Shown piece after piece: positions 20,550-31,066 of a stretch of 60,116 bases of DNA. The first letter of the stretch is position 1; the number at the start of each line of letters is the position of its first letter. The DNA is from a virus (lineage: Duplodnaviria > Caudoviricetes), in the IMG/VR virus record IMGVR_UViG_3300031974_004257, positions 1-60,116 of that record; one strand, given 5' to 3'. Below the pieces are notes generated by a model that was not told where the DNA came from, did not search any database, and saw only the letters and a program-made list of their open reading frames with translations. The translations under genes were made by a program, and so were the position numbers.

Positions 20550-22030
20550 ACATCTTCTTCTTCTATCTTAAATTTGAATACTTCAGGTTGTTCTCTATAG
20601 TCACCCTGTAAATAGTAAGCAAACTTAATTCCATACATGTACCCAGGCTCTAAACATGAGGTATCTAATTCAAAATAGTTCCCGCTCACATCATACGATA
20701 AGCGAGTGAAGTTGTTGTTTGAGCTTCCAGTCCCAAATGGGATGATCTCTAGATTGTCAATAGAGCGGAAAATTCTATAATAAGCATCTTCAATAATAGT
20801 GGTTTCAACCGCTGCATTAGCAACTGTATAAATGTTTGGCTGCCAATTTTTATCTCGAACAAAAACTCGCAACCTAGGCTTTTGACCCTTGGCATAACTA
20901 TCATCAAGGTTAGTTATAGTTGTTAAATAAACCCGGTCATACAAAAGGTCAGAGGTTTCAACTCTTATTGGTTCATAGGAGCCAGTATAATATTCTATTC
21001 TGGGAGTCGAGCCTGTGTGCCAAACATCAAACAAAGTTTCAAAAGAACTAGTCGAGGCAAATGAGGCAGTATAGATACCTGTAGCAGTCGTTCCATTTTC
21101 AATCAAAAGCCCAGCAGTAACTGAGTTTGTTACGATATTATTTGAGTCAACAACATCAAGTGGATCGCCAAGTGGTCCAGTGCTTCCTGAATAGATTTCT
21201 AACTTTAGTTTATTGTTGTCCAGTCCTGGTATGTTTGCCAACTGACCCCTTACCACATTATATAAATAAAGTGTGTTAAGGTTGTCACTCGCTGGGACTA
21301 TACTACTACTAATATAGAAGTTTCCTCTATTGTCCCGCCGGGTAGAGTCCCACCGTGCCTCAAGTGTTGGCTGATAGTGGTAAAATTCGCTAGTCCTAGA
21401 AAAGAACATCTTTGTAAACAAACTTTCAGAACCTGAAACATCACTGTCTGAAAATCTTAACATGAATCCATAATTATCGGTGGCATCGAGCCACTTATAT
21501 ACTTGTTCAGAAACATCTACTGTGATGTCTTCTAGACCAGTTGGGAAATAAATGCTGGCACTAGTGTTTAAGCCAGTTAAAAAAGAGCCGCCTTGTTGGG
21601 TCCACTCTGTGCCCTGAGAGGCTGATAGCCAGTTGGAAACTCCCAGATCTGAATAGTTGTCCATATCCAGTCCTCGTCCCTCTGTCCAGTTTTGAGCTAA
21701 CATGTTCAACTCTAAACTAAAATCTTCTGGAGTTGAGCTTCCATGCGGCGCATTGTACATGTTCAAATGGAACTTAATACTACCTGTTGTAGTTGGCAAA
21801 ACTCCTGAAGCCATGTCTGCCTGGATCTGATCTATAGGAAACTGTATGATAAACCTACTTTGTTCAGCGTTCTCAGCACTAATAGAGGCAGATGTTTGAC
21901 CCTGGATAACAAAAGCTTCGAGAATATCAGCCGCACCCATGTTTGAGCCGGTTGCTCGGGTAAGAAGATTATTTTCAAAAGCATTTGAAATTGTATTATC
22001 TTTAGTTGCGTAATATTTTTTTATAGCCAT
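20546..22030 (-). CDS. Virion protein with DNRLRE/CBM96-like beta-sandwich domain
   Basis: Start revised to MAIKKYYATKDNTISN (ATG at 22030, 2 nt after the upstream stop). ATKDNTI...NMG...LE, SRFIIQF, NWTEG, DVSEQVYKWL, NYGFMLR and FFSR...PTLE are typical of DNRLRE-type domains. ATGA overlap with the next gene. Confidence 0.55.
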   Translation of the reverse strand: MAIKKYYATKDNTISNAFENNLLTRATGSNMGAADILEAFVIQGQTSASISAENAEQSRFIIQFPIDQIQADMASGVLPTTTGSIKFHLNMYNAPHGSSTPEDFSLELNMLAQNWTEGRGLDMDNYSDLGVSNWLSASQGTEWTQQGGSFLTGLNTSASIYFPTGLEDITVDVSEQVYKWLDATDNYGFMLRFSDSDVSGSESLFTKMFFSRTSEFYHYQPTLEARWDSTRRDNRGNFYISSSIVPASDNLNTLYLYNVVRGQLANIPGLDNNKLKLEIYSGSTGPLGDPLDVVDSNNIVTNSVTAGLLIENGTTATGIYTASFASTSSFETLFDVWHTGSTPRIEYYTGSYEPIRVETSDLLYDRVYLTTITNLDDSYAKGQKPRLRVFVRDKNWQPNIYTVANAAVETTIIEDAYYRIFRSIDNLEIIPFGTGSSNNNFTRLSYDVSGNYFELDTSCLEPGYMYGIKFAYYLQGDYREQPEVFKFKIEEEDV

Positions 22031-22031
22031 T

Positions 22032-23828
22032 TTATACAATTACTCCCAATATATCTGTATCAGGCAGTAAAACTTCTGCTGCGGAATCTTCTGGTATCTT
22101 TAGGTAACGACCATCGTCGGACATATTGGTATCAACATCATACACATAGTTACTATAAACGCCACCGTTAATATTGTAAAATTCTACGTTTTGAGCGTCT
22201 GTAACGCCAGGTACATCATTTAAGATTCTTAAAATGTCCGTAACATAAATTGATTCTCCAAGGCTAAACTTTATAGTTAGAAAATCATCTTTGAGAGCTT
22301 GAGTACATTTTTCTATAAGATCAAACCTATTAATATCAACATCAGGAATTATTTCATACCTTATTCCTATGTTGATTACTTTGCCATCCAATATATCAAT
22401 TGTGTCATTGATCATTCGATAGTTGTCTATCCATATTTTGAGATTATCTTTTAAGACAGAATTAGGTGCCATCAAATTACCGTTAACATCTTCTGATAAG
22501 ACGTACATGTTAAGGTTTCGGCGGATTGAATCCGGGTCCCTGACCACGGTGGCTCGTTTTATTTTTCCAAATTTTGGAGGCATTCGATAAGATAAACTAA
22601 TATAATCCTCTCTTGTCACCGCTCTGTTCTGAGAAGCATAACTACCCAAGGCACGGACCTTAATCTCCTCAGCCAAAAGTGGTTGAGAATCTCCTGTAAT
22701 AGGTGTTTCATTGTCAACCTCAATAGACCCAAGCATTACATCTATAATTGCTTCAGATAAAACTTGTCGATTAGAAAAAAGAAGCTTTGGATTTCGAATG
22801 GTTTTAATTGTGTTTACTGAAGCATTAGATGTATTTGTTGTGTTAGCAGTATAGGTCACAGTTAGAGTTGTATTTGTTGGGGCGACGCCAAATTTATCAG
22901 TTTTAATTAAATTAGTAGGATCAAAAGTAGTCTCTGTGATATATGGCTTACTGTCTACGTTTAGAACTACATCAGCAGGGTCAGCCACCATATCACCAGT
23001 TAAGTTATCTGCCGAACCGTATCCAAACTGAATGCTCGTTGTTCCATCTACGTTGTGGATTGTTACAAATCTTCGTGGAGCCGGAACCAGCCTCATAGTA
23101 TAGGGTGCTTGTTCTCTTGTGGTGCTGTCTACATTTTTAACCTGAGACATGATAACATCTTGTGATAAATTTTCCACTTGATAATATTCATTACCCTGTG
23201 AATCTTTTACAGACATAACTTCTGTGATGTTTGGCCTGCCAAGTTCAAGGGTTAAAAATCTCTGGTAGTCGGCAACAGATATAATATCTTCAAATTGTTG
23301 ACCGGATACGACTTGACCATATGCTTTTACCGCAAAATATGTTGGGTTACCTGTTACAGTGTCAGTCCTAGCTACTGTTATCTCGTTATTAGGATCACCA
23401 AAATCAATGTCACTTATTAAAGTGTATGTCGCACCATTATCCCCACTAAGTATTGTCCCTTGTTGTAAGATAGGTAGATAGTTTGGATCTGGAGATCTGG
23501 TCCCAGCGGCTACAGGAATAAGCATATATACAGCAATTTGTCCAGTAGATTTAGCTGCGCCTTGGTTCTTGAATCCCAAAGTTTCTGACAACCTAACCAC
23601 GCTGTCATACCTTATGGCACTATCTAAAAAACTTTCGTTAGTTTGGAAGTCAGCATAAAAAGAAAGTTGATCGCCCACATAGGCAACCATATCTAACATT
23701 AGAGCACCAAAAGATGCCTCGCTAAAATCTTTAAATGTCGTTGGATAATAACGTTTAGCATAGTTTTCCAAGTCATTTTTAATTGACTCAAAATCTCTAC
23801 TTGTATAATTTATCGGTCTCTTAGCCAT
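22032..23828 (-). CDS. Baseplate wedge subunit (T4 gp6 / baseplate J-like)
   Basis: 598 aa. Hallmarks INYTSRDFESIKNDL, DFSEASFGALMLDMVAYVGDQLSFYAD, ESFLDSA, IQFGYG and QNRAVTREDY. Directly follows the gp25-like gene. Confidence 0.88.
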   Translation of the reverse strand: MAKRPINYTSRDFESIKNDLENYAKRYYPTTFKDFSEASFGALMLDMVAYVGDQLSFYADFQTNESFLDSAIRYDSVVRLSETLGFKNQGAAKSTGQIAVYMLIPVAAGTRSPDPNYLPILQQGTILSGDNGATYTLISDIDFGDPNNEITVARTDTVTGNPTYFAVKAYGQVVSGQQFEDIISVADYQRFLTLELGRPNITEVMSVKDSQGNEYYQVENLSQDVIMSQVKNVDSTTREQAPYTMRLVPAPRRFVTIHNVDGTTSIQFGYGSADNLTGDMVADPADVVLNVDSKPYITETTFDPTNLIKTDKFGVAPTNTTLTVTYTANTTNTSNASVNTIKTIRNPKLLFSNRQVLSEAIIDVMLGSIEVDNETPITGDSQPLLAEEIKVRALGSYASQNRAVTREDYISLSYRMPPKFGKIKRATVVRDPDSIRRNLNMYVLSEDVNGNLMAPNSVLKDNLKIWIDNYRMINDTIDILDGKVINIGIRYEIIPDVDINRFDLIEKCTQALKDDFLTIKFSLGESIYVTDILRILNDVPGVTDAQNVEFYNINGGVYSNYVYDVDTNMSDDGRYLKIPEDSAAEVLLPDTDILGVIV

Positions 23829-23845
23829 TTTGTTCCACCCTGATC

Positions 23846-24250
23846 CTAATTAGTCATTGTTGTAGTTATTATCAACTGATCTGAGCCCGCAAAGGGTAAA
23901 ATATTATACTTAATAACAGTCCTGACATCATTCAGTCCCAAAGTAGGGTCCTCATCGCTCGTTACAAAACTAACTTCCTCTAGGTTGATAGCGGGAATAT
24001 ATCTGTTTGTTTGTTCACTTATTCTTTGTGATACCTGCGAAAAAGTATCTGATGTTACTTGCTCAAACAAGTATCGATGTAATCCCACTCCAAACTCAGG
24101 AATCATGATCCTTTCCCCAGGGGCAGTAAGTATTAACATTTTTAAATTTTGACGTACCGCATCTTTCAGCGTTTTATTAAGCTGATAAGGCCCGTCGGTA
24201 TTACTGTACACCAACGGCAGTCGTGGTGATATGCCTTGTAGTTTACTCAT
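23846..24250 (-). CDS. Baseplate wedge / sheath-initiator protein (GPW/gp25 family)
   Basis: 134 aa with VRQNLKMLILTAPGERIMIPEFGVGLHRYLFE, the canonical gp25 signature. Confidence 0.92.
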   Translation of the reverse strand: MSKLQGISPRLPLVYSNTDGPYQLNKTLKDAVRQNLKMLILTAPGERIMIPEFGVGLHRYLFEQVTSDTFSQVSQRISEQTNRYIPAINLEEVSFVTSDEDPTLGLNDVRTVIKYNILPFAGSDQLIITTTMTN

Positions 24251-27200
24251 CGTTATTAATTAGTATTTCCAATATTCTTTTCTCTTCTCTAATCGAACCG
24301 AGGGCAGGAGGTCGTAAATTGAACAAGAAAGTAGCTAAGAAAAATCCTGCTGGAGTTAATTCTGTTCCTATGTGATCATCTCCATATGTGCTATCTATCG
24401 CTTCCCATCTTCTATCTTCCTCTTCTCTGCCCCGACGATTGTTCACATAGTTTGTGAAAAAACGGTTCAAAACATCACGAGGTTCCTCGTCGAGACCCAT
24501 ACGAACCGGGACGCCCTGGCGGCTAAATTCATGTGGTGCCCTGAGCGCATGTTGATTTTGAAAGTTTGCGGGAGGCTGTAGCAATGGATTATCCTCAGAT
24601 GTTAGGTCTGCCGCTATTCGAAACAAAGAAGTTAAACTAAATTGATCACTGTTTACAATTTGAGAAAACTGACCAATATCCAGTCTGTCTTCGTCTCTAA
24701 AGTCTTCTTGTCCGACTCGCCAATACAAAGGCTCTACCCCATATCTCAACCCATCCGTTCTTAACGTTGGGCGATTGAGACGGCGATCAGGACCAAAACC
24801 ATCCACATAAGCAGCAAATGCTATTGTTAGAACATGTCTAAAATATGAATTTTCAAATCGCCACTCACCAGTTCGTTCATTGCGAGAGAAAAAAGGAATT
24901 TGATCTGAATAGCTTAATCGACCAAGGCGTTGAGCATATTCTCTCAAATCTGGAATGTTTGTTAGAGGTTCCAAAGATGTTATACGAGCTTCAACTTCTG
25001 TAGTGTTGTAAAATGTGGGATTACGTTGCGTTAGATCCCACAAGTATTTCTTATAGTTTGGATTATACAATGGCCCATGCGTGTTAATAAAAGAAGAATT
25101 TCTTACATCAGTTTTAGCCATGGCGAGGTAATTTTCAACTACCACAGGGAAGTTAGAAAACCTAGGTAAGAATTTAGTGGTTGATTGACCCTTGACCGCA
25201 GTCAGCAAAGCGTCATCCATCGATGCTTCTTCTATTCGTAACCGATAGGCAGTGTCGCTATAACGTTCCGCATAACGAATTCCCTGATCCATATACATCA
25301 TATACGAAGCTATTTGAAACGCTACAGGATAATAATAAGAACCCACCATCATACCAAGAGGAGTTGGACCCTCTCTGTCGTATAACTCTGCTATTCTAGT
25401 CCTACCTTGGGCTAGCCCATCTTGTTGTTCAAGTTGTTGGCTTGGCAGGTATTCATCAGCAGCCACCGACATAGCCTCGTAAAGTCTCTTTAGGAGGGAT
25501 CGATATCTGATGTAAGTTTCTGTACTAGGATCAAAAACTGATTTATTAACTTGATCATATTCTGAAGTTTGAGCAATATTATCCAACATTCCAACATATA
25601 CACACCGAACAATAGACTTTAGATTCTCACTGGGTGTAAGGCTCTTTAAGATTGGTGGATTGTTAATAAATTCAGGGTCATCCTCTGAATAAGGATATAC
25701 TTTCTCTATAAATGGTATCAAGGTATAGAAAGGTCCCAATAATTCTTTATCTTCTAAATCTTTTACTAAACGGCGATGTAAATAATCCGTAATAACCTCA
25801 ATAGTGCCAACACTCCTCCAGTTAGGATAAGCCGATGCCATTGGCATAATATTCACGAAAAAAGTTCCAAAATTGGATTGTATTTTTTTAAGGGCAGATT
25901 CTGCTTTGAACAAATCTTGAGCCGTGATACAAATGTCGTCAGACTTCTGTAAAGCCGGCTTATTCAAAGCACTTACATATCTGGGCATTCTTCGTCTGCC
26001 AATTTCGGAAGTAACTGAATCGTCAATCAGTGAGTCAATTCTTTTAGTGTAGTTTGAAATAGGTAAAACATTTTTAGATCGGTTGTTAATTGTAGGGTCA
26101 AAACGAATATCGTCAGACATTGCTAGCCCTACAGACCTATTAGCATAAGACACTATAAATTTAGTAGTATACATGGGAGGCAAAAAGACATCACCTACCT
26201 TTAATATTTCTAAATCGTTAGGTGTAACAATTCGTATTGGATAGCTCACGTTTCCACTGGTATAAGTGGCACCATTAAAAATTCTATAATCTACAGATGT
26301 TAGGTCGCCGTTCTCAGATGGAATAGAAACTGAAGAGGATACCGAAGTTTCATTGTAAAAACCTGCCTCTGGCTGATAATAACTTATGAGAGGAAATGTA
26401 TTTGGCTTATTGACAAAGAAAGTACGAATATTCCCACCAGCATTATTTGAACACCTTAAATAAGTGGCTCCCGTATAGCCAGGATATGGGGCATAATCCT
26501 CTTGATCTTTAAGGTATGTATATGTCCTTTCAGAGATGGCCTTTACTGTCTGAAGTTCTTCATTAGACGGTTGAGTGCCGTAAGCAATCAGCCCAAGACT
26601 AGTGGGGCTAAGCAAACTTCCTAAGCTATTTCTTAATGCCGGGGGGGAATTTGGTATTGAATAATAACCCGCATCTCGGCTATCTGTAGATGTAACTATA
26701 GGTTGACGATATTGTGGTAGATTTAACCGAGGAGGGGCGACTCTTGTATTGTTTCTGGGGTCAGACCAGATAAATTTATACACATTTTCTTGAGTATATC
26801 TGTTTCTTCGTGCGCCAAAATTACCCCTAACATCCCAAGCAACATCAGCGAACCAATCGTCTTCTCCAGGAACATTTACACGGTAACCAACCCTACTGCC
26901 AAAACCTGCGGGAGTTTGAAAATAAGTTACTCCATTGGAGAAATATAATTGATATATTAATAACTCTCTCAGGCTCCAAAAAATTTGATAAAATAGCTCA
27001 GTGCCCATTTTTGAGTTGTATAAGTTATATGCGGTACCCTGGACGGTTCTCTGTTCTTCGCCAAAGAGTTGAGCGAACTTCTTAGCCAACCAATCAGCAA
27101 ATGCGTTGCTAATATCTGCTATGTCCTGGAGAAGATCATTATAGTATTCTAATATTGGTAGATTTTCTATTAGTCTCTGTAGTTGAGATTCTATATTTGT

Positions 27201-30131
27201 AAGATCTCTAAGCCATCCACAAAACTGATTTATTTTGTCAATCTTACTGTTCACAATATCATTATATTGTGCTTCAATTTCTGGTACTGAAAGGTTTAAG
27301 GTTATAGGATTTACAAAGCCGTCTTTTTTACTACAGAAAGCTTCCAAAGGCGAACCAAATCCTGCCTCTCCCAAACCATCTAAAGCATCCTGCATGGCAG
27401 CACCAACAGACAAGAAGAATAACCTTATATTATCCATAGTAAAGTTGATAGAGTTATATACATTGGGATTAATGGTGTCAACAACTTTTATAGTTATTTG
27501 TTCATTTCCATCCAAACCTCGTGTTCTTCTGAAGAGTATTATCTCCTCGTCGTCGGGATCAATTATTTCGGGCTCTGTAATTTCAATAATTTGATCTCCA
27601 GTAATAGTCTCATGAATGTGAAGTATTAGATCATGTGACGCATCACCAGTTAAAAGCTGCTGTAATTCAACAGGGGTTACCATATAGGACACATCCTCAA
27701 CAAAAGCTGTTATCTGTTCTAGGTCCACTTCTTTTGGAGGGGTGGTAGAAGAATCTTTAAGTCCTACTCTTTCTGCTATCTCCACAAGGTCTACAGCATC
27801 AAGATAATCTAAAAGATTAACAAAGCCGTAATCCTCCTTTCTAAATGCGTTAGCCAATTCGATTTCATCATCCTCTGGACCACACCCCAGTAGCGCACGA
27901 ATAAAGTCTTTTGCCAATCCAGCAACAAGAGATTTAAGCCAATTCATGAGTACGACTTCTAGCATCTTTTGATAAATTTTTGATTGTGTGGGTTTTAATC
28001 CAACCATCTCGCACTTTTTAAAATCGATAGCAGGGATGACATCAATCGATGTTACGGACAAGGAAGCAGCGGATGGCGGCAAGCCCAGCGGATCTAGAAA
28101 CTGATTCTCTAGAAAATCACCCAAGACATCCAACGAACATGCTATCTGTTGATTCACATAATTATTAACATCTCGCCTAATCGCTGAATTAGCTCCTCTG
28201 GGATCTTCAACATATTGAAGGGATTGAGTGAGCCTTCGTTTTGTAAGTTCATCATCTACCACTTCATCTCTTAAGAGGATAATCGTTTGCCTAATTACAG
28301 ATTGTAGTTTTGTCTTTCCCATAGCTGCTTGCCAAAACTTTAAGGCATATCCGATAGCTGCAGCCTGACCTGAATCGCAGTCCATGTTTTGTAAGGTAGA
28401 ATTAATACTATACCTTAAGGGTCGATTAGAATAGAGAACCTCAAAATCCCTAGGATTGCCTTGCGTAATCCGTTTAAATGATTCAAAAACTTTATCTCTT
28501 CTTATTTTCTGTTCTTTCTCCGTTTGGACTTTGAGTGCTTGTTGTTCTTTTATTTTTTCTAGATCTGGCTTAGGATATACATAATCAGACATGAAGTTCA
28601 AGACATCTGGTCTGTCTTGCGTTGGTGTTATCTTAGCCATTTCATATATTTTTTTACTATTCTCTATCAAGGAAAAAGTAGTTGGGCTAAATATAAGAAA
28701 TGCGCTCAAGACACGAGCATACTCGGTATCGACATTAAGGTATGTGCGAGTTCCAGTTCCTTGATAATAAAAGGTTCCATTAATAACAACGTGATCTAAT
28801 TGATAGTCGTCCGTAAAAAACATTTCAACACGATCATCGTCTGTTAAAGCTACTTTATTATAATTGTAAAATAAAGATAAAAGACTAAAGAAGCTTCTTA
28901 AGTTGTCAACTTCTCTATTAAAGTCTACTCCACCAATAAAGTCTCTTATTCCCATGACCGCCACCCTGGCGTCGTAATCTTTAATAACTTCCCTGGTAGC
29001 AGCTATGTATCGGAGCATGTCATTAACCACAAATGAAACACTTCTTGTGCTTCTATTGAATACGTCACTACCTTGTTGGCGGCTATAACCTGTTAATATT
29101 CGAGCTTTTTGTAGCGGGGTGAGTTCTACCTCTTCCCTAGAGGGGGCGGTGCTATCAGCTTGAGGTAGTCTCTCAACATCTTCAGCATCAATTTTAACAG
29201 CATAAGTCCATCGTGAGCCAGGACGAGTATCAAAGTTATTATAAAGCCTAAATCTAGAGGGAGGTAGGTATTTTTCTGTAATAGTGGAATAGTTTTCTTC
29301 CGAATTCTTTCCTGTAGCTAACAGTATTTCTCTAAGCGCATTTGAAACTAACTCGGTATAGAGTTGTTTGCCAGCTTGAGATGTCTCTTCCCACGTAGGA
29401 ACAGCACTACCAGTAATGGACTGGACTCGAAGGGTATTAAAGTCATAACCACCCATGTAATCAATATCAGCTTCATCAGTTCTAGCAGTGTAATAGTATT
29501 GTTCGTCTACACTGTTATAATAAACGTTGTGATTTGATCCTGGTAAGCAATTATTTCTCCAGTCAAATATATCAACATTGGTATTTGAAACCATATAGCT
29601 ATTAACTTGTGGAGTAAAAGGAATGTTACTTAAACTAGGGTCGTCATTATATTGATATTTTGGTAAAGAAAAGGCTTGTCTTAACTTGTCCTTGTAGACC
29701 TTTGAATGGGCTGGAGGGATAGCTACCAGATTAGCAACTTCTTGATCATTGACAAAACTCTCCTGATAAGAAATCTCTGAGGTTTTTGAAGAGTACTTTT
29801 CTAGGTAACCTCTGGATCTTAATTGTAAAGCTAGATTGCGAAGACTATTGATCTGGGAGTCATAACTCAATTCCTCTGCTTTGTCGTTTACTACTTGTCC
29901 GTTTTGTGGGTACAAAGTAAAATATGCATTCAGATCATTGATTGTTACTTCGGGGTTTTCTATATTGTCGCTGGGAGAAACATTTAACACTTCTCCTACT
30001 TCAGGGTACGAGAAAAAATATAGATATCTTTCATGTATAGCGTCGATTACAAACCGATTCCTACGGCTCTCGTAGTCATACCCGCTAGCAAAAGGGTTTA
30101 CTATTTGTTTTTGACGTGTGGTTATAGACAT
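24243..30131 (-). CDS. Giant hypothetical protein in the baseplate module, 1962 aa
   Basis: Long ORF between the hub/spike-like genes and gp25, overlapping gp25 by 8 nt. The middle is helical-looking with scattered Cys. No motif recognised. Confidence 0.5.
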   Translation of the reverse strand: MSITTRQKQIVNPFASGYDYESRRNRFVIDAIHERYLYFFSYPEVGEVLNVSPSDNIENPEVTINDLNAYFTLYPQNGQVVNDKAEELSYDSQINSLRNLALQLRSRGYLEKYSSKTSEISYQESFVNDQEVANLVAIPPAHSKVYKDKLRQAFSLPKYQYNDDPSLSNIPFTPQVNSYMVSNTNVDIFDWRNNCLPGSNHNVYYNSVDEQYYYTARTDEADIDYMGGYDFNTLRVQSITGSAVPTWEETSQAGKQLYTELVSNALREILLATGKNSEENYSTITEKYLPPSRFRLYNNFDTRPGSRWTYAVKIDAEDVERLPQADSTAPSREEVELTPLQKARILTGYSRQQGSDVFNRSTRSVSFVVNDMLRYIAATREVIKDYDARVAVMGIRDFIGGVDFNREVDNLRSFFSLLSLFYNYNKVALTDDDRVEMFFTDDYQLDHVVINGTFYYQGTGTRTYLNVDTEYARVLSAFLIFSPTTFSLIENSKKIYEMAKITPTQDRPDVLNFMSDYVYPKPDLEKIKEQQALKVQTEKEQKIRRDKVFESFKRITQGNPRDFEVLYSNRPLRYSINSTLQNMDCDSGQAAAIGYALKFWQAAMGKTKLQSVIRQTIILLRDEVVDDELTKRRLTQSLQYVEDPRGANSAIRRDVNNYVNQQIACSLDVLGDFLENQFLDPLGLPPSAASLSVTSIDVIPAIDFKKCEMVGLKPTQSKIYQKMLEVVLMNWLKSLVAGLAKDFIRALLGCGPEDDEIELANAFRKEDYGFVNLLDYLDAVDLVEIAERVGLKDSSTTPPKEVDLEQITAFVEDVSYMVTPVELQQLLTGDASHDLILHIHETITGDQIIEITEPEIIDPDDEEIILFRRTRGLDGNEQITIKVVDTINPNVYNSINFTMDNIRLFFLSVGAAMQDALDGLGEAGFGSPLEAFCSKKDGFVNPITLNLSVPEIEAQYNDIVNSKIDKINQFCGWLRDLTNIESQLQRLIENLPILEYYNDLLQDIADISNAFADWLAKKFAQLFGEEQRTVQGTAYNLYNSKMGTELFYQIFWSLRELLIYQLYFSNGVTYFQTPAGFGSRVGYRVNVPGEDDWFADVAWDVRGNFGARRNRYTQENVYKFIWSDPRNNTRVAPPRLNLPQYRQPIVTSTDSRDAGYYSIPNSPPALRNSLGSLLSPTSLGLIAYGTQPSNEELQTVKAISERTYTYLKDQEDYAPYPGYTGATYLRCSNNAGGNIRTFFVNKPNTFPLISYYQPEAGFYNETSVSSSVSIPSENGDLTSVDYRIFNGATYTSGNVSYPIRIVTPNDLEILKVGDVFLPPMYTTKFIVSYANRSVGLAMSDDIRFDPTINNRSKNVLPISNYTKRIDSLIDDSVTSEIGRRRMPRYVSALNKPALQKSDDICITAQDLFKAESALKKIQSNFGTFFVNIMPMASAYPNWRSVGTIEVITDYLHRRLVKDLEDKELLGPFYTLIPFIEKVYPYSEDDPEFINNPPILKSLTPSENLKSIVRCVYVGMLDNIAQTSEYDQVNKSVFDPSTETYIRYRSLLKRLYEAMSVAADEYLPSQQLEQQDGLAQGRTRIAELYDREGPTPLGMMVGSYYYPVAFQIASYMMYMDQGIRYAERYSDTAYRLRIEEASMDDALLTAVKGQSTTKFLPRFSNFPVVVENYLAMAKTDVRNSSFINTHGPLYNPNYKKYLWDLTQRNPTFYNTTEVEARITSLEPLTNIPDLREYAQRLGRLSYSDQIPFFSRNERTGEWRFENSYFRHVLTIAFAAYVDGFGPDRRLNRPTLRTDGLRYGVEPLYWRVGQEDFRDEDRLDIGQFSQIVNSDQFSLTSLFRIAADLTSEDNPLLQPPANFQNQHALRAPHEFSRQGVPVRMGLDEEPRDVLNRFFTNYVNNRRGREEEDRRWEAIDSTYGDDHIGTELTPAGFFLATFLFNLRPPALGSIREEKRILEILINNDE

Positions 30132-30138
30132 AAAATAC

Positions 30139-31050
30139 CTAGTTTACGTTATTATATTTGCTGCGAAAATTATACTTAGCGAAAGGGTTATCCGAACTAT
30201 AATTCATTTTGTGAAAAGCAAAATTTCGTTCTTGGCAAGCTAGGTTGGAAACTTCCAATGGAATCTGACTCAACAAGAGTCCTAGCTTGGCTGCGCTGGC
30301 ACCCGTCGGATCTGTGAAAGCACCAATTTGCGCTGTTTGAATTTCTAGGGCAAATGATACTGACGAGTGTATATCTTTAATCAACTCTAAAAGATTATCT
30401 AAAACTTTTGCCAAATCGTCACCCTTTACCATGGGCTGTAACCCAGCGTCATCATTACCAGCAATAAGGTCTATCCCTTGAATATTGTGGGCGATATTTA
30501 AACCAGACGCACCACTGCGTGTGTCTGAACTGGTTACTAGCTTTATGCCTTCCCTACCAATAACCCTAACGGAGTCTGCCTTGATAGCAATAGCAGACCT
30601 TCCAGTTAAATGCCCAACCCTTCCCTTGGCTAAGTGAAAATACTCTTTTGAGTCAATATCTGTACAACGTTGAGTTATATAAATCTTAGCAGCGTCCAAA
30701 TGAGGGTTTGGGTTCATGACTACTCGCTCGCCGGCGGCGTCGGTTTCAGCAGCCATCATCCCACCCAGCCCTGCTACAATTTGAATACACCCTACGTGTG
30801 TTGTAGGCTTGGCTCCTTCTCCTGAGGTTTTTGATCTGGGTCGGTCTCGACCCATGATAATAAAAGTGTTTTCTTTGCCTCTTATTAACGTTTCAGCGGG
30901 AGCATCATTAAGTGTAGGGTTAGGAGATAAAGACTGATTGTTATTAATTCCAGTCTTACGAGCGTTAGCAACGGCAACAGCGCCTTGGCTTTTTAGTTCT
31001 TCGTTCTTTTTACCCGCTCTTGTATCTGGGTTTGTTTTTGCCTCTGTCAT
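30139..31050 (-). CDS. Putative baseplate hub/central spike protein (gp5 C-terminal/gpV-like)
   Basis: 303 aa. The beta-repeat-like AIAIKADSVRVIGREGIKLVT followed by QPMVKGDDLAKVL is typical of spike-protein ends. Lies upstream of gp25/gp6. Confidence 0.5.
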   Translation of the reverse strand: MTEAKTNPDTRAGKKNEELKSQGAVAVANARKTGINNNQSLSPNPTLNDAPAETLIRGKENTFIIMGRDRPRSKTSGEGAKPTTHVGCIQIVAGLGGMMAAETDAAGERVVMNPNPHLDAAKIYITQRCTDIDSKEYFHLAKGRVGHLTGRSAIAIKADSVRVIGREGIKLVTSSDTRSGASGLNIAHNIQGIDLIAGNDDAGLQPMVKGDDLAKVLDNLLELIKDIHSSVSFALEIQTAQIGAFTDPTGASAAKLGLLLSQIPLEVSNLACQERNFAFHKMNYSSDNPFAKYNFRSKYNNVN

Positions 31051-31066
31051 TTATTTTATCTTTCCC

